Shown here in pieces: positions 9,355-20,694 of a stretch of 64,000 nt of DNA. The stretch is from positions 1 to 64,000 of IMG/VR virus record IMGVR_UViG_3300032893_000763; one strand, 5' to 3'. This stretch comes from a virus. How positions within the stretch are numbered: position 1 is the first letter of the stretch; each line of letters begins with the position of its first letter. The notes beneath the pieces are model-generated. The model was not told the origin of the DNA, made no database searches, and saw only the letters and a program-made list of their open reading frames with translations. Both the position numbers and the translations under genes were made by a program.

Positions 9355-12300
9355 TCATGACTCGGGGTAGTGGTAGACGGTCGTGCTCTCGTCCGAGTCG
9401 CGGAACAGTGAATCCGCAGTGCGCCGGTCGATCTCCCGCTGGAGTTCGCGGCGTCCCTTCTCGGCAGCGTCCTCAAACGTGCGGCACTCGCCAGTGGCAA
9501 GGTACCGCTCGAAGCTCACGCGAGCACTCCACACGTCGAAGGTGAACTCGCCGTAAGCCTGGACGGCCCACTGCCACTTCTTCTTGATGAAGCGGAGGCG
9601 GAGCCGCAGGTCACCCTTGCACGGGCCGGGGTCGTACGAGCACGCCTGCGAGCCGTGGAGGAACTCCTCCGTCATCGCGGCGTCGATCTCGGTGGCGATG
9701 CTTTCGAGCGTCTGGACGTACGCCTTCTTCTTGCGCTTCTTCTTGCTCATGCCTTCCTCCTTGATCGCTTGACCCTGGCCCGGTCGGGCCGCATGTAGAT
9801 GCCGCGAGAGAGTAGCTCATCTTGGATCTCGCAGACGGTGATGGCAAGGTTCCACGTGTCGTCGGACTCGACCTCGAACGTGATGTGCGTTTCCGTCTCC
9901 GCACGCTTCGTCTCCTTGACGAAGCCGTAGCCGGTGAGCATCTCCTGCACGTCCTCGACGGCCTCGTTCGCGTCGTGGTAGAGATGGTGCTGGACGGTGA
10001 TCTCGTCCGTGTACTTCACGGTCGTGCGTCTCGATGGATGGACTTCTTGATGTCCGAGCGCAGGTTCTTGATCTCGCGCCAGTCGGACGGACTCGATGAG
10101 ACGACGGCCGCGAGCCCGCCGCGCTTGTTCAGGAGCTTGATGTGTCCGCCCTTCGTGTGAACGAGATCCAACTCAAACTCGGCAGCGAGTGCGCCGATCT
10201 CGCGGAGCCATTTCCGCTTAGCGGCCACGTTGTCTCCGCATCACAGCGTCGAGCGCGAGGCGGGCGTTCTCCATCTCCCGCTCGGCTTCGCGGTGCGCAC
10301 GTTGTGCAGCGCAGCGAGCGGCGTGCGCGACGTAGAGCTTGCGCTGCGCCTTGGAATACCGCTCGTGTGCCTTGCGGCTCTCAATGCTCATCTCCAGAGT
10401 CTCGGTCATCCGAAGTCCCTCTGCGTCATCGGCACGACCTCGCGGTGGTGGCGGCGATGCACCTTCACGTCCGAGCGCGGGCGGCTCGTGATGCCTCCGG
10501 GATTCTGCTCGTGGACGTGGCGTTGCATCTCGCGCATCGCGTCCTCCAGCTTCGCACACCGTTGCACTAGCGAGTAGATCAGGTTGGCGGCGGCGATGGT
10601 ACCTCCGCCGTCGAGCGCCTTGAGGATGAGGTCGTAGTGGCTCGGCTCGCGGCTCTCGGTGACCGGGCGGCTCATCGGGCAGGATGCGTCGTGCATCCCC
10701 GGCAGCGAGTCCGGCCGCAGGGAGCACGTGCAGAAGACGGGCTCGCTCATGACGAGGCCCTCGTGCCGATCTCGTACATCGCGCGAGCGACGGCGTTGGT
10801 GGCGAGGTCGTACTCGTTCGGCACGGCAAGGATCGCCTCGGTGACCTCGCGTGCGATCCGCAGGCCGACCGCCATGCCCTGAGCGTAGTTGTCTGCGTCG
10901 TTGAGGCTCGCACAGTTCCGGCAGAACTTGCCGTCGCGGAAGACCACGTACTCGATGTAGTCGTGGCACGCGAGCGTACGACTCACACGAGCCTCCATCG
11001 TCACGCCTTGCCCGTACTCGCGGATCACCTTCGCATCTCCAACACGAGTTGCCCCGCCACGAGGCCGATGATGATGGCGAACGTCACGCCGAAGCCCCAA
11101 TCGAATCCGAGCAGGAGCGCCGGGCCGATCACGATAGCCATGACCACCGGCACACCCACGACGCACGCAGCGAGGATCACCGCGCACATCACGATGAACT
11201 CCTTGAGGAACTCGATCATGACGTGGCCTCCACGAGCAGCACGGCCGAGAGCTTGACGGCCTCGTCCTTGGTGAGTGTGATCCCACACACCACGTCCTCC
11301 TCGCCGTAGAGCCCGGCATCCACACGGGACACCTGGAGAAGGAGCAGCCCGTCATCGGTGCGCTTGAGCGTGAGGCCCACGCCGTACATGTGCTCGATCT
11401 TGAACATCAGCGCACCTTCCGCCAGAACGGGTGTGTGATCCGCCACGCGACGTTCAACACCCTGAACCGGGTGGCCTCGAAGAAGGAGACGTGCCCGAGC
11501 CGCTCGCGCAACGCCTCGGCGGAGAGGCTCCGTCCGAGCCCTTCCTCCTCCAGCATCCGCAGTGCGTTCCATGCATGGTGGCGGCTCATCGACTCGATGA
11601 GCAGAATCCGTCCTTCCGCTGTGATCCACGTCTCCATCTTCATGAGAGCCTCGTCCACAGGCATGAGGAACGGTCAGCGTCCTTGCATGTGGAGGTCGGG
11701 GGCTCGTCCTGGATCACGACGTTGCCGTGCGGCGAGCACACCCACCGCGTCGGCTTCGGTGTGCCGAGGATGTCCTCCGAGAGCGCAGCGCCCGTGTTCT
11801 CGGGAGCGTAGCCCGAGAAGCGTGCCACGACCGTCGGGACTTCGTAGCCCTGCTCGGCCTGGAGCGCCATCTCCTCGATCTCTGCGTCCGTCAGGATGCG
11901 CCCGGACTTGGTGCGGTACACGACGTGCATCGGAGCCTGGAGCCGGTCGCGGAGCCCGTGGCCGAACTCGGGGATCGGGCGTGCGTCCTCGATCTCGGGA
12001 GCGGTGCGAACGGTCGGAGCGGTGCGGATGAAAACCCGCTCGGGCTCGATGCGCTCGACCGTCCAGATGATCTCCTGGACGCGGGTCGCGCGGACTCGAA
12101 CGTAGCCCTCTCCGAAGGCTTCGGCGTCGGCCGTTGCGTCCTGGAGCGCCCGGATCGCGGCCTGCGCGAGCGCCATCTCGTAGGTGCTCATCGCATCCTC
12201 TGCGAGATCATGGTGTAGACGGCCTCGGAGAGTTCCTCGCCCGTGTAGGCGTGGGGGCCGCGCACGAGCCGGTCGATGTCGCGGAGCAGTGCCCGGTTCG

Positions 12301-13122
12301 GGTCTTCCGCCTTCTCGGTCGGGCCACACGTGCGCTCGACCTCCTTGACAAAGCGGTCGAGTGCCGCGTGCGCCTCGTCCTCCGAACCCGTCTTGATGTC
12401 GAGGGTGATCCGGCCGGAGAGGTAGCTCTCCTCCGTCTGGATCGTGAGCCCCGACGGGAGCGTGAGGGCGATGGAGCCCGTGACTGTGGTCTTGAGCGGA
12501 GGCATCAGATTGCCGCCTTGATGACCTGGAGCGCCTCGTAGAGGAACGCGAGAGCGCACATCAGGAGGAACGTGACCACTGCGAACGTCGCTGCGTACGC
12601 GATCACGTCGATGGGACGCGGGAGTCTCACGGCTTGCTCCTTTCGGGTGTGTTGATGATGATGTTCGTGTTCTTGACCCACTGGCCGCTGCTCGTCTGCG
12701 CGAGGCAGGTGCCGGTGTCGAAGACGTAGAGCCGGACGTACTTCGTCCGGTAGCCGGTGTCGCGGCCCCAAGTGTTGCAGATGCCGTGGCCGACCGGGTA
12801 CGAGATGGCGAGCACGAGCCCGAGCACGATGGCTGCGATCCCGAGCACCGCTGCGATGATGAGGGCGATCACCCACACGCCTCGCAGGTCGCCCCGCCAG
12901 TCGAGGAAGATGCGCCGGAGCATCAGAAGTCGTACACCCTCTCGCGCTCGACCTCGACGTAGATGACGCGAGCGCCGGGGATGATGGTCGTGGCTCCGTA
13001 GCGGTCGAGCACGACCGTCTCGTTCGTCCCGTCGTAGTCCTGCACGAGCTTGCCCATGAGGGTGTGCTGCCCGGTGCGTCCACCTTCCGCCACGACGGTG
13101 ACTCTCGTTCCTGCCTCGATCA
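9355..13122 (-). other. Leftward array of roughly 15 small hypothetical genes, several membrane-spanning
   Basis: Coupled ORFs such as 9355-9750, 9747-10019, 11407-11664 and 12188-12506. Confidence 0.65.
10016..10228 (-). CDS. HicA-like dsRBD-fold protein
   Basis: TKGGHIKL...VVSSSPSDWREIKNLRSDIKK. No adjacent HicB seen. Confidence 0.55.
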   Translation of the reverse strand: MAAKRKWLREIGALAAEFELDLVHTKGGHIKLLNKRGGLAAVVSSSPSDWREIKNLRSDIKKSIHRDARP

Positions 13123-13181
13123 TGTGGTGCCTCCTTCTCGTTGGTGCGCGGAGCGTAGCACGGGCTCGGAGCGCCGTCCAG

Positions 13182-13460
13182 GGTTTTAGATCCGATCCCT
13201 CGAACGAGTGAAACCCGAAACCGAGGCGAAACCGAGGCGAAACCGAGAGCCCGATGTGACTCAACCATGCCTCTTTCCTCCTCTCTACCATGATTTCAGG
13301 GTTTCATTGTAGATATACCTCTACGTGCGTGCGTGCGAGCGGCGATTTTCTAGGGCTTCCCGGTCGGTAGTACCCATTCTGAAACCGATGATCCTGAAAC
13401 ACCTGATTTCCCTGCAAACGGGCACTTTCCGGGCCTCTACGAAACCCGATCTAAAATCCG
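13182..13460. repeat. Iteron-like GAAACC repeat region at the strand switch (putative origin or control region)
   Basis: GAAACCC-GAAACCGAGGC-GAAACCGAGGC-GAAACCGAG at ~13210-13247, more GAAAC(C) at 13381, 13396 and 13441, lower-GC core, flanked by inverted GATCTAAAA motifs. Confidence 0.5.
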
Positions 13461-13583
13461 GGCCGGATCGGCGGTGGGCTCCTACCGGGCCGCGCTCGCC
13501 CCTCCGTGACGCCTCACCGTCCCTCCGCCACGGCGTCTCCCGCCCGCGCTCGTGACATCGCGCAACCGCATGGTTGCGCTTTG

Positions 13584-13597
13584 CGAACGTCTGTTCG
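13584..13597. promoter_or_regulatory. LexA/SOS-box-like palindrome CGAAC-GTCT-GTTCG
   Basis: Matches the Gram-positive CGAAC-N4-GTTCG box, in the intergenic region. Confidence 0.55.
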
Positions 13598-13631
13598 TAA
13601 CACGTCAGCGTACGGCGTCTGCTCGCGCGGT

Positions 13632-13684
13632 TCCCCCTTCCGGGGGATGTCGTGCGCCGGGCTCGGGCCGATACTGAGCACATG
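13632..13684 (+). promoter_or_regulatory. Tripartite leaderless promoter, copy 1
   Basis: TCCCCC-TTCC-GGGGGA, 19 nt, GCCGATACT, ATG at 13682. Confidence 0.8.
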
Positions 13685-13877
13685 ACTACTGGAACCTGGA
13701 GAGTCGCCCGAGTGTCCAACAAGACGGGTCGCACGCTCAAGGTCATCGACGGCGGCTTCCGCGAGCGGTGGATGGCCGAGGCGCTGGCAGCGGGCTTCGG
13801 CCCGGACAAGTCCACCCGCACGCGGATCGAAGTGCAGGCCGTCGGCTTCGTCAAGGCCGAGGCCGAGCGCCGCCGGA

Positions 13878-13930
13878 TCACCCGCTCGGGGGATGCAGGC
13901 TAGCTCGCCTGCGCCGATACTGAGCACATG
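13878..13930 (+). promoter_or_regulatory. Tripartite leaderless promoter, copy 2
   Basis: TCACCC-GCTC-GGGGGA, 19 nt, GCCGATACT, ATG at 13928. Confidence 0.8.
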
Positions 13931-15609
13931 GCTTACACGCACATCATCCGAGGTCAGAAGATCCGGCAGGCCAGTCAACGGCGCTACATCGTCGTCGCGT
14001 GCAGGCCCGTCGCGGTCGAGGCTCGGCGTTGGGATCATCGCGCGGTCACCGTTGTGACCAGGGACGACGGCACCACGTACGAGCAGACCGGTGCGTACGT
14101 CCCCGAGACGTTGCAGCCGATCCCGGCGTACGTCGTCGGGCGCAGCGACAACGCCGAGACGGCGCGGAAGCGTGCAGCCCGGACGCGCATCACGGCCGGT
14201 TGGGTCGTGGTGTGGGACACCGTGACCGAGAGCGAGGTCTGAGCATGAAGTCCACAAAGTCCACACCGGCCACCACCCCCGTGCAGACTTGGCACTGCCT
14301 CGGGCGCGGTGAGCACTTCAACGCGGATCGTACCCTCTACGTCTCGCGCACGCGGGACGGGTGGGAGTACGGCGTCATCCTCGACGGCGTGCGCTACCGC
14401 GAGGGCGAGACGACGAGGCCCATCGGCCGCGCGAAGGTTCTGGCCGAAGCTGCCGACTGTCAGATGGTTCCGTGAGCGGCAAGTACGTCACCCCCGAGGT
14501 CGGCAGCACGTTCACCCTCGCGGGATGGACGTGGACGGTGACCGAGGTCGTGCGCGGTGGCCGGTCGTACTTCGCCTCGACGCCGCTGCCCGACGGGCGC
14601 GAGATGGTGCGCAAGTTCTCGGCGTGGGTCGGAGACGTGTACTACGGCGAGCCCGATCCCGAGGAGGACGAATCGTGAACGGCACGGGCACCTACTACCG
14701 GCTGCGCATCTTCCCGGACGGGCGCATCGACCGTCCCGGCATCTACACACCGCGCGAGACGCGGGTAGTCGAGCGGACGAGCATGACCATCACCTTCAAG
14801 ATCCCCGGCCACACCTACTGGCGCGGCATCGGCCAGGCTCGCGGCTATGCGCCGGTCGAGTACGTCGTCTGTCGGATCATCGAGCACAGCGAGACGAGCC
14901 CGCGTGTTGAGGTCACAGGGCGCTATAGCGCGAACGAGTGGAGGGCTCGCGCATGAAGCGTAAGCCTCCCGAGCAGCCCTTCGGCTCCAAGGGGCCGACG
15001 TTCCACGACCTGCGCCCTGGCGACCGCGTGCGTGTCGTCGGCACCGAGCGCACGGGCGTCGTCGTCTCGCGGTGCAAGCCTCGGCGCGACGGCTGGATCG
15101 TTCGATGGGACGAGCCGCTGTTCGGCGTCGAGCAGGGCCGCGTGGCTTGGGCTAACCTGGAGCCCGTATGAAGCGGACGTACTTCCTCTCCTGCTTGGTG
15201 TGGGTCGATGGGCGCAACGTCCCTCGCTGCCACAGCTTCCACGCGGCCACGGACGCCGAGGCGCGGGTGCAGGCGCATCGCTTCCTCGCGTCGATACCCA
15301 AGCGCCCCTCGGCGGACGGGCTCAAGCCGGACACCGGCACGACCTCGCACGAGCGGATGACCTGCGTCTCCGAGCGGAAAGTTGGTCTGTGGGCGTGAGC
15401 AAGACCGCAGCCGAAGCCTTCGGGCCGGAGATCGCAGACGAGCTAGCGCGGTGGGCCATTGATGCGCTGTGCATGGTGCCGGTCAGCATCACCACAGCCA
15501 CGACCCGCCTCTCAGCACGACACGTGCGCGAGGGCCGCGAGATCCTCGACCGCGCTGGCGTCGATTGGCCCGCGCTCACCAAGGCGCACTTCGCATCTCG
15601 GCGGGCGTC

Positions 15610-16008
15610 ATGAGGCAGTGGTGGGAGCAGCCCGACCGGACGCGAATCTGCGGTCAGATCGCGCTCGCGGTCATCACCGGCTTGAGCGTCGAGCAGGCGA
15701 TTCGCCAGGTCGGCCACGAGCACGGCACTACCACACGGGTGCTCGCGCGGCACCTGCGAGCGTTCGGCTACGAGTGCGGCGACCGCTGCCGACGACGGGC
15801 TCGCAGTGAGATGCCCGACCTCGCGCTCGCACAGTTGCACTCGCCCAACTGGCGCGGTTGGCACTGGATCGTCGTAGACGACGGCGTGGTCTTCGATGGG
15901 CGCGAACGTCGGCGGCGGGCCGTCGGCCTGCGGGCGTACGAGTTCGATGCGTGGCGCTTCGACGGTGCGCGGATCACGAGCTACCTGGCGATCACTCCGC
16001 CCGCATGA
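15610..16008 (+). CDS. Peptidase C39-like (papain-fold) protein
   Basis: Q...CGQIALA...HWIVV...VFD provides a Cys/His/Asp triad. Confidence 0.55.
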   Translation: MRQWWEQPDRTRICGQIALAVITGLSVEQAIRQVGHEHGTTTRVLARHLRAFGYECGDRCRRRARSEMPDLALAQLHSPNWRGWHWIVVDDGVVFDGRERRRRAVGLRAYEFDAWRFDGARITSYLAITPPA

Positions 16009-16343
16009 GCGGCTGCGTCGGCCTGTGCTGCGTCGGCTTCGTGCTCTCGCCCACGCCGGAGAAGTTGGCCGCTGAGCCGGAGCGATTCGGGCCGGACGGG
16101 GCGTACATCCTGGACATGCTCATCGAGGTCGAGTCTCACGACGAGAACCGCCGCTTCAACTGCCGACACTTCGACTTCGCCACCTTCAAGTGCACGGCGT
16201 ACGAGTCGAGGCCGAAGATGTGCCGTGACCATCCGAGCTACGACCGAGGCTCGCGCTGCGATCACCACTGCGGCCTCCGCTACCGCAAGCCGCTTACGGT
16301 GCGATCGAGGATCGCGCCCGCTCTCTGGCGGGTCAACTGCTAG
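16005..16343 (+). CDS. YkgJ/CxxCxxCC-like cysteine-cluster protein
   Basis: CVGLCC...CRHFD...CTAYESRPKMCR. Confidence 0.7.
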   Translation: MSGCVGLCCVGFVLSPTPEKLAAEPERFGPDGAYILDMLIEVESHDENRRFNCRHFDFATFKCTAYESRPKMCRDHPSYDRGSRCDHHCGLRYRKPLTVRSRIAPALWRVNC

Positions 16344-16351
16344 GCTGCGCG

Positions 16352-16499
16352 GCAGGGAACACGAGCACGGGTGCCCGCTGCCAAGCGGGGGAGAGCGAGG
16401 AGTGTGGCAGACTCCCGGCCCGAGCGAGTGGCGACGTAGTACGCCGCGACCAGGCCGGTGAGAATCCGGGGTCGAGAGGGGCGGCTCGTCTGCCCCTGC
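16352..16499 (+). ncRNA. Candidate structured ncRNA with kissing loops and a T-loop
   Basis: Follows TGC-TAGGCT. Outer stems GCAGGG/CCCTGC and ACGAGC/GCTCGT, complementary loops TGCCA/TGGCA, CCGG-TGAGAAT-CCGG hairpin. Confidence 0.5.
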
Positions 16500-16511
16500 T
16501 ACACTGCGTCG

Positions 16512-16603
16512 GCGTACCGGGTAAACCGCAAGCCCCCGTTAGGCGCTCAAGCCGGTGCGGATGGGTGAAGGCCGGTTGGCAGGTAGCGGCTACCCCCGAG
16601 CAC
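16512..16603 (+). ncRNA. Candidate small ncRNA
   Basis: Follows TGC-TACACT (16500-16505). GGGTA..CCGC/GCGG.TACCC closing stem. Ends at a strong hairpin. Confidence 0.4.
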
Positions 16604-16633
16604 GAGAGCCCCGGTGTGGTCATCGGGGCTCTC
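16604..16633 (+). terminator. GC hairpin terminator-like
   Basis: GAGAGCCCCG...CGGGGCTCTC. Confidence 0.55.
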
Positions 16634-17503
16634 CACTTGCAGAGTCGGCGCAGCGTGTGTATGGTGCGCTCGACCACACAAACTTGGAGGTACGCATGAG
16701 CGACTTGAAATACACCGGCACCTACGCTCCCGGAGATCGCGTCGTCTGCACGTCGGACGACCTCGACGGCAGCTACGAGGGCGAGGAGGGCACGGTCATC
16801 AAGGTCTACCGGCAGGCGGGCGGCATCTTCGCGCCGGAGCGCAACGTCGAGATCGTCGTGTGGGACTGCGACGATTCGGACGACCACGCATCGACCGAGG
16901 CCGGGCGTGAGCTTCTCGCCAAGGCGTACGAGGCGGGCGATGTCTACGCCTCCTCGTCCGACGAGTTCTCCTTCGATGCGCTCTAGGGCGTACTGGAAGT
17001 TCGTCGCGGGCTTCGGCGCTTCGGCGTTCGTCGCGCTCATGCTCTACCTCGCGTTCCTCGCGGTGGTCGCGTACGTGGCGATCCACTTCATCAGGAAGGA
17101 GTGGTAGCCGTGAGCGAGCGCCTCGACTTCAAGGCCGAGCGGACGGCACACGCCTACGAGGCCAAGGCGAACGAGATGATGGAGTGCGCCGAGGCCGGAA
17201 CGGCAGAGGCCGGATGGACGCCCATCTACATCGCGGCGGCACAGGTCTACGCCACGCTCGCGCTCGGGCAGCGTGTGCGCGAGAAGAACGTCAAGTCGTG
17301 GTTGGGCCGCGAATGAACATCGACCGGCTCACCGTTCTGTGGAACACCGCTGCGCTCGCACGGATCACGCACGACATCCGCGTCAAGGAACTCCGCGATG
17401 CCGAGCCTCGGCTCGCACAGGCGAAGGCCGAGTGCATCGACTCGATGCGGGCCATCGAGGAGGAGAACAAGCGGATCGTCTTGGAGAAGCACGAGGCGTA
17501 CCG

Positions 17504-17550
17504 GCGGGAGTTCGCATGAAGCGGGAGTTCGCATGAAGCGCGAGGTCGCA
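17504..17550 (+). repeat. 17-bp tandem duplication creating minigene MKREFA* (17516-17536)
   Basis: GCGGGAGTTCGCATGAA twice, plus a degenerate third copy. Confidence 0.8.
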
Positions 17551-20543
17551 CTCTCCGTGCTCGCGGCCGTCGGTGCCTGCGTCGGCTTCTACAAGCTCAC
17601 GGCGTGGTTGGTGGATCGGTGAGCCTGCCTCGCTATGAGGTCGAAGTGCAACTGCGCGGTGAGGGCTACTCTCGCCGCACCATCGTCGTCCACGCTCGCA
17701 GCGAGTCCGAGGCGAGGCGCAAGGCGCTGCTCGTCTATCAGTCGCGCCTCACGTCCCGCATCTTGTCCGAGGAGAAGGCAGCGTGAGCCGGACACGTCTG
17801 GAGTTGATCGAGGCGAACATGGTGCCTCACTGCCCGTGCTGCGGTGCGGAGCCGGGCTCACCGTTCACGGGCAAGCGCACCGTGCTGTACGACACCGTGA
17901 AGCACGCTCTCACCTGTCCCGTCTTGCGGTTCGAGTCGGCACACGCTCTCTGGAAGGAGGCCGATCCGGCATGAAGCTCAACGACTACGCCAAGCTCATG
18001 CAGATTCGCGGCTCGGAGATCGCGCACATCGACTCGCATCCTTCGCACGAGGCGCGGTTCAAGGCCGTCATCCAGGCGATCATCGACGCCGGTATCCACC
18101 CCGGCCCGCTCGCCATCGGCTACGCCCTGCCGAACAAGATCGGCAACGTGCGCAACCTCAATGGGCGCGAGTCCAAGTGGCGGCGCGAAGTGCTGGAGGC
18201 CAACGGCTTCGTGCAAGGTGAGTCCACAGGCGGACACGCCGGGTACTGGAGGAAGGTCGCATGAAGCACGGCTCCCGCGAGTACATCCTCGACTCGGCGC
18301 TCGTGGCCGTCTCGAACGGCCTGCATCTCGACCTCGACCGCGTGAAGGCTCGGCGCGAGAAGCTCGCCAAGAAGGTGCAGCGTCTTCTTGAGCAGGAGCT
18401 TGCCATCGAGCGCAGCATCGCGGCGATCCACACCGTGCGCGGCGAGATCGTGCGCGGCAAGATCCTGCCCATCAAGCAGTGCGTCTCCGAGCGGTGCGAG
18501 TGCGACCCGCACGTCTGGACGGTGGATCGGGTGCACTTCTTCTGCGAGGGCCGCGAGGGCCGCACCGATCCGTTCGGCGGCGACTACGAGTCCACGCGAT
18601 GACGACGCTCGGGTGGATCATCACGTGCGCCCTCATCGGGTTGGTCGTGGCCGGGCTCGTGGAGGGCTTCCGCTACCGCGACGAGGTTCTCGTGCTCGCG
18701 TCCGTCGTGCTCGGGGTGATCGTGACCATCCTCGTGACGCACGCATGAACGCCTACGGCGAGTTCCCGGTCAGCGTGAAAATCTCACGCTGCGCCAACGG
18801 CGAGACGCGGGAGGCCACGCTGCGCATCGGGGACGACGTGTACGGCGCGGCGTCGATCTTCCGCACACCCGAGGAGGGCGAGAGCGAGGCGGGCTTCCGG
18901 GCTCGCTGCTTCCGCGACCTCATCAAGGCCCTTGACGGGCCGAAGCGTGCCGACTAGGCTGCGGCCATGAAGAACATCCTCTCAGACATCTTCGTGGTCG
19001 TGTTCCTCATCGCCATCGCGGCGCTCGGGATCGCGTGCACGTACTTCGGCGGCATCTTCGGCTTCGTCGCGTTCGTCCTTCTGCTCGCGGCGGTCAGCGG
19101 CAGGTGACGCACCAACAGCTTCTCGACGGGTACACCGAGGCCCGCCTCGCGGTCATCTACGAACGAAGCGGCGACTTTAGCCGCGACACGTGGCTGCTCT
19201 CGGACAAAGTGCGGGCGTATGCGCTCGCCAACGGACTGAGCGTGCCGATTGCGCTCATCGAGGCCGAGGCCGACAACCCGCGCGAGGTCGAGGAGTGAGG
19301 CTGAGAAAGCGGGACTGGCTCGGGGCCGGAATCGTGGCTGCCCTCTCCGTCTTCATCGACGTGACCGTCTGGACGGTATCGTGGCCGTTCGGGCTTCTGC
19401 TTGGAGCCCTTCTGCTCAGCGTGGGCGTAGGCTTCGTGCGAGTCGAGCTTCCCGAGCGGCGGCAGAAGGAGGTCAAGCAGCATCATGCACGGGTGGCCGA
19501 GCTTGAGGAGTGGCACCGGCAGTTCGACCTCCACTACGAGTTCCTGGAGGAGAACTACCCCGAGGCCGTGGCGTACGCCGATGCGCACACCGGCCGTGCG
19601 CACAGGGCCGGTCGCCACAGGGCCGGTAGGGCCAGTCGGCCCGGTCGCCCTATCGAAGCGCCGCTCGCGCGGAACCACTCGCCCGTCCTTGAGTTGCACC
19701 ATCTCCGGCGCGGGATCGCCTCGGCTGTGAATGACCCGTACCTGCGCTGGATGTCGAGCCTCATCGCGCCGGAGCCGTTGACGGATGCCGAGTTCCGCGA
19801 GGCGCAGAAGGCGCTTGAGGCGGCGATCATCGACGGCTTCGCTACGCCCCCTCTCGTGCTCGGCAAGGGAGCGACCGTGGAGTTCATCGAGCCGCGTGGC
19901 GTCGTCAAGGCGTCGTACCTGGACGACGGCTTCCCGCCTGTGCCGAAGCTGCCCGAGCCGACGCTCCTTCCTGAGTGGCTCGCATGACGACCGTCGTGCA
20001 CGTTCGCATCCTGGACGGCTTCCAGGAGGGCCGCATCGGAGTGGTCGTGCCGAAGGAGGAACTCCCCGAGGCGATCCGCGAGAAGTGGGAGGTCGCGGTG
20101 GCGGTCGAGCACTACGCTATCCCCGGCATCCAGGTCGGCGTCTACGGCTACAACGGCGACGAGCTTGAGCTTATGCGGGCGGAGCAGGTGTGAGCGCACT
20201 GCGCGATTGGGCGTGCGAGTGCACGTCGAGGCGCTGCCGGGAGCGGATCTACCTGACGACCCGCGAGTACGGTAGGCTCTCGGCGCTCGGGCGAGTGGTG
20301 ACGCCGGAGCACAAGGACGGCGAGGTCGTTGCCCGCGTGCGCACGGCGGTCGTGGTACGCTGAGGCCGTGTCCGACCATCCTCTCGCGGGCGGGCCTCTG
20401 CGGCCCGATCAGGTTCGCTGCCCCGACGTGATCCCTCCGTGGATGACGCTCGCGGCCGACAACACCTTCCGCCTCTGCGGCATGTGCGGCGAGCGCATCC
20501 AGGACTGCGACTGCGCCGACGACTCCTAGCCGGAGCATGAGGA

Positions 20544-20622
20544 AGGGAGAGACTCGACCTCCGGGGTGTGGCGGGTGAGCCACAGAAACTTGCTCTTGCT
20601 CCCGGTGGGAATCTCTCCCTAT
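20544..20622 (-). ncRNA. Candidate ~80-nt rod-like small RNA driven by tripartite promoter copy 3
   Basis: The +1 position reads ATA rather than ATG. 5' AGGGAGAGAUUC pairs with 3' GAGUCUCUCCCU over 12 bp. Confidence 0.55.
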
Positions 20623-20673
20623 GCCCCAAGTATCGGCGGCTAGCCCGGACGGGGCAATCCCCCGTTCGAGTGG
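20622..20673 (-). promoter_or_regulatory. Tripartite promoter, copy 3
   Basis: CCACTC-GAAC-GGGGGA, 20 nt, GCCGATACT. Confidence 0.7.
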
Positions 20674-20694
20674 TTGCGCGATAGACTCGGAGAC

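Larger units (their letters stand above)
13682..20529 (+). other. Rightward array of roughly 25 small hypothetical genes (host-takeover-type region)
   Basis: Coupled ORFs such as 13682-13903, 13928-14242, 16697-16986, 17971-18264 and 18261-18602. Confidence 0.7.

Noticed and set aside
6540-9545. 1001-aa plus-strand ORF
   Set aside because: Antisense shadow of the primase-helicase, expected at high GC3. R/V-rich with no motifs.
16452-16475. CCGGTGAGAATCCGG as a cobalamin riboswitch
   Set aside because: Only the T-loop hairpin matches. The adjacent GGGAA, the CCCGCxACTGT segment and the B12 box are absent.
19157-19702. Minus-strand ORF with TGPTGPTGP (collagen-like)
   Set aside because: Antisense to the coupled rightward array, and only three triplets.
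19790-19900. PLVLGKGATVEF resembling a portal motif
   Set aside because: Too short, and embedded in a small membrane protein.
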